Below, in pieces: positions 12,001 to 23,817 of a DNA stretch of 64,000 nt; the first letter of the stretch is position 1, and each line of letters opens with the position of its first letter. The DNA comes from Uloborus diversus. Its lineage: Eukaryota. Position numbers and translations under genes: made by a program. The notes under the pieces are model-generated. The model saw only the letters and a list, made by a program, of their open reading frames with translations. It had not been told where the DNA came from and ran no database searches. The stretch spans positions 29,556,384 to 29,620,383 of the forward strand of contig NC_072740.1 of the NCBI RefSeq assembly GCF_026930045.1, written 5' to 3'.

Positions 12001-13412
12001 CACTGCTCGACATTGAAAATGCAACACCAAGAAGCAGTGGTCAGAAAGTGATGAAATTTGGAAAAAAGACAGAGACAGCAAGGAATAATAAATGATCTTA
12101 ATTTCAAAATGATAGGCAGAATACAGAGCGAGAACGGTGTCGACTCATTAGGTTGTAGGACCACCGCGGACAGCGATACACGAAGAAACACGTCCAGGCA
12201 TAGAGTCAATAAGGGTGCGGATGGTGTCCAGAGGGATGACTCTTCATTCCCTTTCAACCATTTGCCACAGTTAGTCTTCTGAACGAGGCAGGGACAGAGT
12301 CTGCAAACAGCGTCCAATCACATCCCAAACATGTTCGATTGGTGACAGATCAGGAGAGTATGGTGGCCAGGGAAGCATCTGTGTGCCTTGGAGAGCATGT
12401 TGGCAGATGCGAGCACTGTGTGGTCGGGCATTATCCTGCTGAAAAATTGCATTAGGTAGCCTTGAAGGTAAGGGATTACCACCAGCTGCAGTACATTATC
12501 CAAGTATCATTGAACCGTCATAGTGCCCTGAATACAAACTAGAGGTGATATGGAATTGTACGCAATTGCGCCCCAAACATTATGCCACATTGTTGTGCGG
12601 TGGGACGTTCCACATTTACTGCTGGATTAAATCTGTCTCCACATCGACGCCACACACGTATGCGGTGACTATCACTGGATAAACAGAAGCAGGATTCATC
12701 TGAGAACACGACATTTCGCCATTCTGTCATCCACGTCGCTCTAGTCCAGCACCGTACTAAACGTTGCTGTCTATTTTGTGGGGTCAATGGCAGTCTTCTT
12801 AGTGGACGCCGTAATTGCAGACCACTTGCGACCAAATGAGGGGAAATGGTTCTGGTTGACACGGGAACATTCAGGGTATCTTGCACCTGCTGCAGAATCG
12901 AGGAAAAAGTGACTTGTGGGTCTGCTACAGCTTGTCGGTGGATGCACGCGTTCTGTCGTACTCTGGCTGCCCCTGCACCCCTCAATCTTGCCACATTTCG
13001 TTGTTCCAACCATCTATCTTCGATACAGCCAATGCACCATGCTCGCATCCATGTGGGTATGAGGTGCGATTTGACGCACAGATCAACCTCCCCTTCTCAG
13101 TCCGATCACCATACCCCTCGTAAAATCGTCTATCTGCTGGAAGTGCCTTCGTTGACGTCGGCCTGGCATTCTCTCGTGTTACACGTATCCTCCAAGACAA
13201 AAACAAAATTTCTTCGATAATTCTCCAGTCAGAAATAACGACACGAATATTGCCCATTCTGCAAGTTTCTTCCCTTATATCTTACTTCACGTGCGCCGGA
13301 GAGCTTCGCATTTCACATCATTTACATAACTCAGTGATGTACGTCTACTCTAAAATTTGCATAAATTTCTGAACACTTCTTCTTGGTGTTGCATTTTCAA
13401 TGTCGAGCAGTG
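12001..13412 (-). mobile_element. Tc1-like DNA transposon, copy 1: 1.4 kb with TIRs, TA flanks and a degraded transposase
   Basis: TIR cactgctcgacattgaaaatgcaacaccaagaag at 12001 has its reverse complement at about 13379-13412. TA at 11999-12000 and 13413-14. Minus ORFs in three frames (12318-12503, 12539-13048, 12982-13257) carry ...WRNVVFSDESCFCLSSDSHRIRVWRR... (DDE transposase) and an N-terminal HTH-like ISDWRII. Confidence 0.8.
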
Positions 13413-16400
13413 TATAATAAATCTCTCCAAATAAAAATAATAGCAATTAAACTCAAAAACCGAAAAAAAACTGGGGACCCCATTTACAAAAATTGGGACA
13501 TGATGGGTAAAAACAATGGTCATATTTAGATTTATAGAATCATCTTAAATAACAATCAGCCAAAATGACATCAGAAGCATTTGGAACGCTCTTATTTTTT
13601 GCCCCAAAGGTGCAATTGGTATTAAGCAACCTTTTGATCTAATAATATATTTTGGAGTTTACATCATAATGCAAATACAAAACAGACTTTTAGTGTCTTG
13701 TCCAAATGTATCAACCCCCAATAACAATTAAGTGCCTTGAAACTATTAATTGAAGTAACACTTCTCAGACACTATTCAATCATTTTTCTATTCAAATAGT
13801 AAATTTTACCTATTTTTAAAATAGTGTAGGAATTTAAAGCACTTGAAATTATTAATGCTGATTTTGACATCCAGGGTCTAATTGTGCTGACCTGAAACCC
13901 TGGGACATGAGAAACTTCAAATCCTTTATCATATTTTACAATAATGCTCGGCTACCAAATTTAAACATTAAAATGTAACTGCAATGTTGATCCCATAACA
14001 AGTTCTTTTCTTCTAGCAGGAGTGGGCAGCAGATCAATCATGATTTTCTGATCCCCCTAATTTTTTCTGTTTAATCTGCATAAGTTTGTGGTCTGTTTGA
14101 CAATTTTACTCTACAAAGGTCTCTGTACGCAGCTACATGAAATTATTTGTGAATACAGCAAAAAAAGAAACTCGGAGCTAAGATTTGTATTTGAAATTCA
14201 TGCATGCAGTAAAATAGAAAATTCTGCCTCCATACTATTTTGACTTCCTTTTACAAAGAAGGAAGTATTGTATTCGCGAAAAAATTTTCTCTCAAAAATC
14301 AGCCTTAATTTCCATTTTTCTCACCCCCGAATGAATGTTGAGTTTTTTTTTTCGACCTGACCATACGTGGATATATATGTAGGAACCTACAGACACCCGA
14401 AATGTAAATTTTGACTACCCCTGAGTTAATTACAATGAATTTTCTCGTGACATCCGTATGTACGTATGTATTTGCGTATGTGTGTATGTATCTCGCATAA
14501 CTCAAAAACGGTATGTCCTAGAAAGTTGAAATTTAGTACGTATACTCCTAGTGGGGCCTAGTTGTGCACCTTCCCTTTTGGTTGCATTTGAATGTTCCTA
14601 AAAGAGTCTTTTGCCCCTTTTTGGTAGAAATCATTGTTAATTTCGATGTAAACTCAAGTGGTGTTATAAGTTGACGTACGCTTGGCAATATATCGCCAGT
14701 ATTTTGGTCGCCAAGTTTCGTTGCCAACTGTTTGACAACTTTGGCGGTTTTAATTTTTTTTTTTAATTTTAAATCTGATTTCAATTTGGCCACTGTTGGT
14801 GATATTTAGAGAGTAAACAATTGAATCACATTAAAATTGCCAATCATGGGGAAATGACATTAAGTTGAAGTAAAAGGAAGTCATGTGATGCACACATCAG
14901 CTCATTTTTTTCTCTTTTGCTATTGCATAGTTCATTGTGTGCCCCATGATCATTCTACAGTCAGTATTGTCAGTTCAGCCGGTGTTGAATTGCATAAGTA
15001 TTACTACTTCCTCATAGTTTTGTTCATTTGTTATCAACTCACTATGTGTATCATTAAAATTTTTATTGTTTCCTTTTCTAATCATTTTCCCAAAATCTCC
15101 ATATTTTAAATGAGTAAATGATATATGCCGAAACTTATTTTCATGAGAATTGAAATCTTGAATCTTTTTTTTTTTAATACCTAATGATAGATGAGTAATA
15201 GTGTTGTTTGATTTGATATCAGTAGTTATAGTCAAGAAAGCTAGCTTGGAAAAATGTTTTTCTCTTTGCTGCAATTATCAAACTGTCCTTTAAATAGTGA
15301 TTTATGAATTAAAAACTTGCTGATCTATTAGCCTAGCAAAATGGGTTTAAAAAACGCATTTCAAAATCAGTTTGAATCACTATATTTTCAATGAAAGCCA
15401 ACTGACAAAACAAACACATTACAAACAAGAAAGGCTCAAAAGTAGATTGTAACAACTTTCCACATATAAAATTCATCTTAATGACAGACAAGTTAGCTGC
15501 CTCAATAGTTTTGCGATACATTACTGAAAATATGGCACTTTTAATTCAGAAAAAAAAAAGCTGCTTAATGAGCACTCAATGCAAAAGCCTTATATACAGA
15601 GAGCAGCAAAAATAATAACATGTAGCAGTCATATTTGTCTAAATAATTTTCAATAAGAAGACTACAATGGATGAAATGCTTTCCAAATCAGGATATTTAG
15701 AAAATAAAACTACAGATTGGTTAAAAAAAGATGAAATGATTGTATAAACGCACTGCTTTTAATTTCAAATTTAGCACAACTTCAGATTCACTGGATTGCA
15801 AAAAACTTTCTTTTTTGCTCCACCTTCTATTTGTTATGAAAAAAAGTTTGACCTGACCCTCAATTTAGAAAGTTTCTGTACAGCTACTAAATTTTCATGC
15901 AATGATAAGGTCTTGCATTCAGCATTGCAAAAATTCACTCAGCAACATTTATTCTAATAAATTTAAACAAGTGAATCATTGCCCCTGACTATCTTTTGGG
16001 CAAGACTGTTTGTTGAGCCTTTTGACTCTGAAACTGTAATCTGAAAAGTAATGAACTAAAAGTGTGTAATTATTTTAATAAATATTTTTTTCAAATTTTT
16101 GATTGTTTTTAAACTTATCATACTTAAATTTTGCTTACATTTCATGTACACAAAATGAAACATGTAAGTAAGTTTCAAAATTAAGATTTTTATCATCCAT
16201 CAAAGCTATTTTCTCCAGAATTGGAATTAAGGAAAAAATTAAGGCTGATGTTTTAGAGCTAAAGGTCATCTCTATATAGTTTTAAGCTGTAATTTTCATT
16301 GGAATATCAATGAACTAAAACTGCTAGAAATTACATTAGAAACAAAATTCATACATGCATTAGATCCTTTTTACTGTTAGTCATACAAGATACACTTCAA

Positions 16401-17153
16401 ATTAGTAGCTACTTTAATGTTTTCCCTAGTGCAGGAAATAAGTCTGATACTCATTATCAATTCAATGCTCAATATTTTATCAAGTTTTTCTGTTAGTATA
16501 TTTAAATTTGCCTATAAAATTTTATCACAAAAGCAATTTTGTTGTTCATTCCATTTTTAACGCAAATTAAATTAATTGTATGTTACAGATTTAACAGAAA
16601 CCATTAAACATTAGAGTCTCATGATCTCAACATTAACTAACTCGGGCAAACCCAGAAAACTTGGCCACATTTTAGCTGGATGAAAAAAAAAACCCCTTGG
16701 CATAAAACCTGTTGCACTAGCAATCCTGAAAACTTGGTCTCTTTTTGGTTCACATTAGGCAGATTTTTTGGGATTCTACTGTACTATTCATGTTCTCACT
16801 AGTAACTACTTAATAACCTTGTTTAACTATTTTATAATGTTTTATGTAATTATTATTATTTTTTTTTAAATTTCAAGGTGTTTTAGCATATATGCAAGTT
16901 CATATCATTTATTTGTTAATAATAAAGTATAATTATGGTTAAATGTTTCATGATTTTAAACTCTTAATGCACACCTGCTTTATTGTACAGATGAATGCGT
17001 TTAAAATAAGGGTAACTTCGCCATACTATGCATTGATTTAGATATCTCAAAGTGAAAGTTATTTTACATTATCTGTGTAAATATATTGTTCTTCTTAAAG
17101 TTCAAGACTATAGCTATTTAGGTTTCTGGAAACTTTCATTTGAAGATTTCCAG

Positions 17154-17346
17154 GATTGCCAATGTAGTAATGTCATTTATTGATGTTTTACATATTTTTA
17201 GTGACATTATAAATCAATTTCCGGACATTCTGAATGAAGCAGTTAGCTCTACTGGATGTAAAAACCTCATCTTGCTTATAGATGGTTTAGACCATTTAGA
17301 ACTTGAAAGTCAAAGACTTGATTGGCTGCCTCTATCACTGCCAAAA
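17154..17346 (+). CDS. NWD1: NWD1-like exon carrying the NACHT Walker B: (R)IANVVMSFIDVLHIFSDIINQFPDILNEAVSSTGCKNLILLIDGLDHLELESQRLDWLPLSLPK
   Basis: ORF 17140-17361. LILLIDGLD is hhhhDGLD, Walker B. ttccAG acceptor at 17152-53; GTAAGT donor at 17347. Confidence 0.85.
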
Positions 17347-18312
17347 GTAAGTACAATCTAAAGATTGTTAATTTGAATGCTGATAATTTGTTGTCTTTTT
17401 ACAAAAAAGTTTTTTAGCAAAGAAAAGGATACTGTCAAATAGGAAATGTGTAAGTACCTCAAAGCTGTAAATGTTTATGTGTGTTCTATTTTTGTTAAGA
17501 TTTTTTATCCTAAATGACATCTGCACGAATTCTTAGCCATAAAAAAATTAAATAAATAGATACTCATTCTAATTTGAAGGCTTGTATAATAGAATATCCA
17601 TAAACTAAAATCAAAAGGGAAATGAAAGTTTTTTGTAGTACAATATTAATAATTAAAAAGAAAAAAAAAAGACATCAAGAAATAGTAGTCAAAATGAAAT
17701 GAAATTTTACATATGTAGGAAAGACTTTTTAAAAGATATTGATTACAAAAAGAGCAAAATGACCATTTATTATTGGAAAAATCAAATGAATAATGCTTTA
17801 GTACCCTCTTGAGCCATCTATAGCATGAATGTATGAGATAATACAGGTGAGAATTAAAGCATAAAAGTCTTCCACATGGTCCTACATCAACTCGTACCAC
17901 AGTTACTGTAAATACATCATTAATTTGATCAAACTCATAGATTGTCAAACTTAACATCCAAAGTGATCCCAGATATGCTCAGCCTGTGACAAATCAGGAG
18001 ATGAAGTAGGCCAACGAAAGTGATAATGTAGAAGAGGAAGCCTATTGAACCCTTTCTGAGTGTGACTAAGCATTGTCCACTTGAAAACAGGCACCATGAG
18101 GGCAAACACATGTGTTTGAAGCATGCCACAAACAAATTGTTTAATTATGGTGTTGTGGATAGTGATGTAAAATACCTGGGTATTTATTTTTAGGGGTAAA
18201 TACCCAGGGTATATACCTGGGTAAATACCCAAAATGGGTATTTACCCAGGTATTTATTTCAAAAATTTATTTTCAACTAAAATACTTTTCTGTATGTATT
18301 CCACTATGTATA

Positions 18313-18798
18313 CAGTCGAACCTGTCTATCTCGAATTTTATGGGAGAGAAGAAAAATTCGAGATATAGAGGTTTCGAGATACAGAGGTTTTGAAAAAAAG
18401 TTCTAAAAACAAGTAATTGGAGCAATGACTCGAAAAAAAAACTTTGGAAGCAATTTTACTAATCAACAATGTTCCCTTCCTCTCAGTTTCCGAATGGATA
18501 TAATTGCTGGAAAACTTGCTTTTTGTACATAAAGTTTTAATTCTGGTGGATTATGTGACTGCTAATATTAAGAAAAATGCTTTCTGTCTCCAAATTCCAG
18601 TCAATAAAGATCGTTGGGGATGGAATTCAAGAAAGACACTTTAGTCGAAATTCGAGTTACGCAGGTTTTCAGAAAATTTCATTCGAGACAAACATGGGGG
18701 AAAACATTCAATTAATACTTTATGTGCAGGGAAAATGAAAAACTTCGACACAGAGAGGTTTTCGAGATAGGCAGGTTCGAGATAAACAGGTTCGACTG
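18313..18798. mobile_element. TA-flanked MITE (486 bp) with termini CAGTCGAACCTGT...ACAGGTTCGACTG
   Basis: TIR cagtcgaacctgtctatctcgaa at 18313 against ttcgagataaacaggttcgactg ending at 18798. TA immediately outside both ends. Internal gagata/cgagat subrepeats. Confidence 0.7.
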
Positions 18799-19664
18799 TA
18801 TATACAGCAGGCACGTAGCTAGAACATTGTTAAGGGGGGGGTCTAAGGTTGCACGAACTTCAAAAGAGGAGGCATACTGAAGCAGACTTAGTAGCTCATA
18901 TTTACGTTAAAAAATAATTCCAATTAAAACTAATTATGAGAATGTGATAATTAACTAAGATTAATTAAATAATTGAAATTGATAGAGCAATTAGTTAGAA
19001 TTAGTTAACAAAAATTTTATATTAAGTGGCAAAAAAATTATTGTCAGTTTATAAAATTAACATTAAACTCAAAGTTATGCCATACTAAGTTTCCAAACAT
19101 ATATAGAAAAATTCCATCACATAAGCTTCCTCGGCTCTGATGCTTTGAAAATGAGTGATATAATTCCTATTAATAAAAAGTTCACAATAAAAGGAAATCG
19201 GAAAACGAACACTGTTCTAGGGATTACTTGGAAAATGCAGGTGATAATTTAATAAAATATTAAAGCTTTGTTTTATATTTCACCAAAATATGTACAAGCC
19301 ATTTTATTTGAAAAAATAAAGAAATCTATATCTATCGAGTCGAATGTATAACTGTATGAATGCTATATAACGTAATTCCCCCATTCTGTCCGATTTGAAC
19401 AAGATTTCTGGCAAAAATTCAACCACCCTCTCGACGAAAATATTAGCAAGGTTTCATTTAAAAAACTGGAACTAGTTCTTTATTTATTTACGTTTATAAC
19501 ATTCTCTTTATAATACGAAATTGAATGAAATTTCTAATTTTATCCGTTTTCTTATTATCATTTCTAACCATCATTTAAAAGCTTGAACAAACTATTAACT
19601 CTTTGAGGGACGGAAACTTCCTTTGCTGCAATCATTTGAAAAAAAAAAGGCGTATTGACGTTTT

Positions 19665-19945
19665 TTTTTTTTTTTTTTTTTTAACGTTATTATTTTTTTG
19701 CAACGAATTGGTAAAATAAGCTATCTTAAGATCCGTTATAGTATTTTTTTTTCTTTCTAATGGGGCTTCGTTAGAGGCTTTAGCCTTTTCTGACATAGTG
19801 CGAACCACCGATATGGCATCTGGTCTTTCATATGCTACCATTAAGGCGCGGATGTGACTGGCACAGGAAATGTTGACGCCGAGTTTCCACCAGATGGAGA
19901 CACTTGAGCTCTTTGCGATGCGAAACTGCACTAGAGGTTTAATTT
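19665..19945 (-). mobile_element. tRNA-derived SINE, family 1, 5'-truncated copy with poly(A) tail
   Basis: The minus strand ends ...gaagccccattagaaagaaaaaaaaa, then a T24 run on plus at about 19664-19690. The body aligns by eye to the 3' two-thirds of the SINE at 37750-38135, with shared blocks ctccatct[ga]gtgg..aaact.ggc.tcaacatt and gccccattagaaagaaa. Confidence 0.6.
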
Positions 19946-22646
19946 TGTCAAACCAAACGAATACCTGAGAGATCTCTTTACCTGACGACTAATGGAATGT
20001 ATAATGAATGAAATTAAGCATCTATGTATTTTTATTTTAACAACATTTTGGAAAAAATGTAAATGATTGCTTTTTATAAATGTTTTTTTATAAGGTCATG
20101 ACTGATTTGAACATTATTGGCAATTTTCCCCTGATGTTTTCAATTTGATGCTTCATTTAAAAGATCAAGAGGAGGCATTGCACCCACCTATCTCACCACC
20201 AAACACGAGTTCTGTTTATTCTGCTAATACAAACAACTTCTGTACAACTTCTGGGAAAATGGCAATATGCTGTGTTACGAATTATCGTGACACTATTTGA
20301 TTATAACCTGGTTACTTTACTGTCTTTATTAGCAGTAAGCAAGTGTTAGACTCGAAAATTTCATAATTTGGAGTCAAACGTCAAATTTTGATCACTAAGG
20401 TAGTCTTCGTCCCGTTTGCGATAATACAGCAGCATCAAATTAGATACATTTTCAACAATATGTATGACTAAAGCTAGCCAATTTTTGGAAACAAAACTTA
20501 TAGGTTTTTTACAGCCTCAGTTTGCAAATTTTTTGCTCCTCAGTCATCTGATGTTCCAAAGTCTACAGACAATCTTTTGTAAAAACTCTTAAAATAATTG
20601 TGGTTAAAAATCCAGTAATGATTTAAATCAATCTTCTAAAATTAATATAACAATAATAACACTTCTGATTCTTTCATATTCAAATTGGTATAACTTCCAT
20701 TATAGGAGCAATTTTTTAATTAGCCTGTATTCGCGAAAGCATATCATATTTCATAACGTAGGTATTGACTTTTTTTTTCGTTCTTTTATGTGATGTTAGT
20801 AAAATATATTCTAGTGCAAGAAATAGCAAGTAATTTTAACTTGAAGAAATTAAAAGTTAAAAAAAAAAATATACTATAGAAGTGAAAAACACAAGAAAAT
20901 TTACCTCGCATTCACCTTTTTTTTTTATTATTTGCTTGTAAAGCAGCAAATAGCAGAGATTTTCACCTGATAATTTATAGTTAAATGCACATGTCCGTTT
21001 TTACCTTTAATGCTACCTTCGCAAGTTACTAATGATGGATGCATAGATGCTTACTAAATAATTCCTCAGTACAAAGGCGGTAAATAACAATCAGAAAATG
21101 TATTCCTATTATGAAGCAAATATAAATATGCTTTACTTGAAAAACGGAACAACATCGAAGAAAGATTTTGTTCTTCAGTTAAAAGTAACTAACGGCTCTT
21201 TTCTTGGAACCATAGACTCACAATTCAGTAAGACCTAAAAGTACGAATTTCAAATAATTACTTTTAAATTACATGTGTTAATATGGCCGAACTTGCAATT
21301 TCATAAACTGATCAGAGTAGAATATTCGAGTAATTTTCAATTTCATTCTTCGCTTCATAAAATTTTGATACAGCGAAAAGTAATTTCGTTGCGTCAACTT
21401 CAAATTTTATTTATTCACTTACTTTATTTCCAAACACAAATTCTTTTTGGGCATTTAATATGTTTCATAGTCATGTTTAAATATTGGGTGGAAAAACATC
21501 CGTAAAAAATCTAGTTTGTTTCTCAGAAAGGAGAGAAGTTTCTCAGTGTTATCTTGAGCTAAAAATAAGACACAAATGTTAAAAAAAAAAGAAAAAAAAA
21601 AGAACTTTTTTTTCAGGATTACAGTTCAAAAGTTTAAGCTTCTGGGGACATAAGTAATCTATTATTGTTGAAAATAAACTAAAAAATTAAATAAGATTAT
21701 TAATCAAAATGTAAAATGAATCTGAAATGAATCATCCTAAAAATATAAACAGCAAAAATAAATTAATTAATAATTAATGTTCCTTTTTCTCATCCTCAAA
21801 CACACGAAATGTGCAGAATTTCTTTTTCGTTTCTGTCTGAACTTAATTTTTAAATGGGAAAACACATTAGCACATAAAAATGCTCGTATTGTTAAGAAAC
21901 CTTTAAAAGGGAACTACAACTTACCTAGTTTGTGTAAACTTAATTTTCTTTTGATTACAAATTTGTTCTAGATATGTTTCCTATAAGTGTGTAGTAGAAA
22001 AATACTGTGTGTTAAAACAGAAAATAATAGGAATTTCAATTACTGATTCGCCACAGATGCACCCCACTCTGACTGTCCTTCGTGCAGCATGTGTGTAGGA
22101 AATCAAGTCCAAACGGGAAAAGAGTCAAAACAAAAAAGAAAGAAAGAAAGAAAACCACGCCAATGAGACTGGGGGTACGGCAAAAGTGACAATAAATGTT
22201 TGTTTTCAATTACTTTGCCGATGGCAATCTGATGGATCGAGGGAAAGGGGCCGAATTTCAAGGTCACAACCCAGTTGAGTTGAAAGCAGAAACGAAAATT
22301 CGTCATTTTCGGATGGAGTACGCGACACAGCAAAAAAAAAAAAAAACAATGGCGGCAGGAGGGAATTGCAGTTTCACGAGGTTCTCGTGTTCTGAATTGA
22401 CTCGGATGCGGGAAAATTGCCGATTAATGGGAATATTTAAGGGGAAAATACCGGTTTTCGTAAAATTTTTCTCTTTTGAAAAATTTTTGTTGACGTGAGG
22501 TGCAAAACTGACAAAAAGCAGACAGTGGTCTTTCAGGAAGGGGGGGGGGGGGTCCGGACCCCATGGACCCACCCTTTGGCTACGTCCTTGTATACAGGGT
22601 GTTTTGTTTTAACTTTCAAGACCTCTATTTTCGCAATTGTTAGTCC

Positions 22647-23403
22647 TAGATGCATACTTCCAAGTGCAAAAATGTTCAAAATCAGATGCAGACTTAAGAT
22701 ATTGAAAGTTTGAAGTAAAAATAAAAATGAGTAAAAAAATACAAATTTTAACTTTTTACATGGGCCCCAGGTCCTCTAACTTATATTTAGGGAAATAATC
22801 TCCATTGAAAAACTATTCCAAGAAAAAAAAGTTTGACATTAGTACGGCCAATATGGCCGATATTTACCGAGGTATGAGATATGAAACTCATCGCATTGTG
22901 ACTTACACCACTTTACACTCGCAGTCAATAACATCTTTTGGGGGAAAATATAGCAGTTAATGAGCGTTTATATAAAATTATATGTGTGCAGAGTGTGGTT
23001 TTTCAAATTGTTCGAGGTTTTGCAGCATGTTTTGCATATCACGGCATAACATTTGCGTGAATATTTGAATAGCAATGAAAAATGTAAATACCTTGTGTTT
23101 TTCACTTTGCCAACCTGTCATACTTCTGAAAAGGTGATAAGTTCTAATCTCATCTTCTGCATGGTCCCTTAAAACTTTCAAATGGAATATCTCCTTGAGT
23201 TTTGATCGCACAAATTTAAAGTTTTTTTGTGTCAGTAAGTTTTAAATGGAGATCATTTCTCTAAATATAAGTTAGGGGACCTAGGGCCGTATAAAAAGTT
23301 AAATTTTGTAGTTTTTGACTCATTTTTATTTTTGCTTCAAACTTTCAATATCTTTACTCCACATCTGATTTTGAATATTTTTGTAATTGGAAGTATGCAT
23401 CTA
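22647..23403. mobile_element. Foldback-type element: two roughly 159-bp inverted arms (22647-22805 and 23246-23403) around a 440-bp core
   Basis: The reverse complement of 22647-22805 matches 23246-23403 over nearly the whole length (atggagat[tc]atttc[ct]ctaaatataagttag[ag]ggacct[ga]gg...ggaagtatgcatcta). Confidence 0.75.
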
Positions 23404-23417
23404 CACTGTAAAAAAAA

Positions 23418-23817
23418 TCCGGAAACGTTTCTGAGTATATCGTGCAGCTGTGGTTCATGAAAGTTTCAAAAACGTTTCTGAGTATTTCGGAATCCTCTTT
23501 CTGTAATGTCCAGAAACGTGTCTGAGTATTTTGGAATCCTCTTTCTGTAATTTTCAGAAACGTTTCTGAGTATTTCGGAATCCTCTTTCTGTAATGTCCA
23601 GAAACGTGTCTGAGTATTTCGGAATCCTCTTTCTGTAATTTTCAGAAACGTTTCTGAGTATTTCGGAATCCTCTTTCCGTAATTTCCAGAAATGTTTCTG
23701 AGTATTCTGTGCAGCTGTGGTTCATGAAAGTTTCGAAAACGTTTCCGAGTATTTCGGAATTCTCCAAACAATTTTCAAAAACGTTTCCGAGAATTTCGGA
23801 ATCCTTTTTCCGTGATT
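23418..23817. repeat. Tandem array, 44-bp unit in two alternating variants (88-bp higher-order repeat), about 8-9 units, directly abutting the foldback right arm
   Basis: cagaaacgt[tg]tctgagtatttcggaatcctctttctgtaat[tg]t[tc]c repeats with 44-bp spacing (tctgag at 23521 and 23565). Palindromic core gaaacgtttc. Minus ORF 23466-23771 is a repeat-encoded artefact. Confidence 0.8.

Noticed and set aside
19632-19931. 99-aa minus ORF ending in KKKKKKK
   Set aside because: It reads through the SINE body and its poly(A) tail. It shares the peptide APLERKK with ORF 38026-38301 only because both translate the SINE 3' tail.
23466-23771. 101-aa minus ORF with an internally repeated peptide (RIPKYS.TFL.ITERGFRNTQ.RF)
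   Set aside because: It is a translation artefact of the 44/88-bp tandem DNA repeat. Periodicity is at the DNA level, there is no start context, and it is intronic.
23418-23817. A regularly spaced direct-repeat array, which could superficially suggest CRISPR
   Set aside because: This is a eukaryotic, intronic context. Units are contiguous with no unique spacers, and there are two alternating variants typical of satellite higher-order repeats. There are no cas genes, because the window is not prokaryotic.
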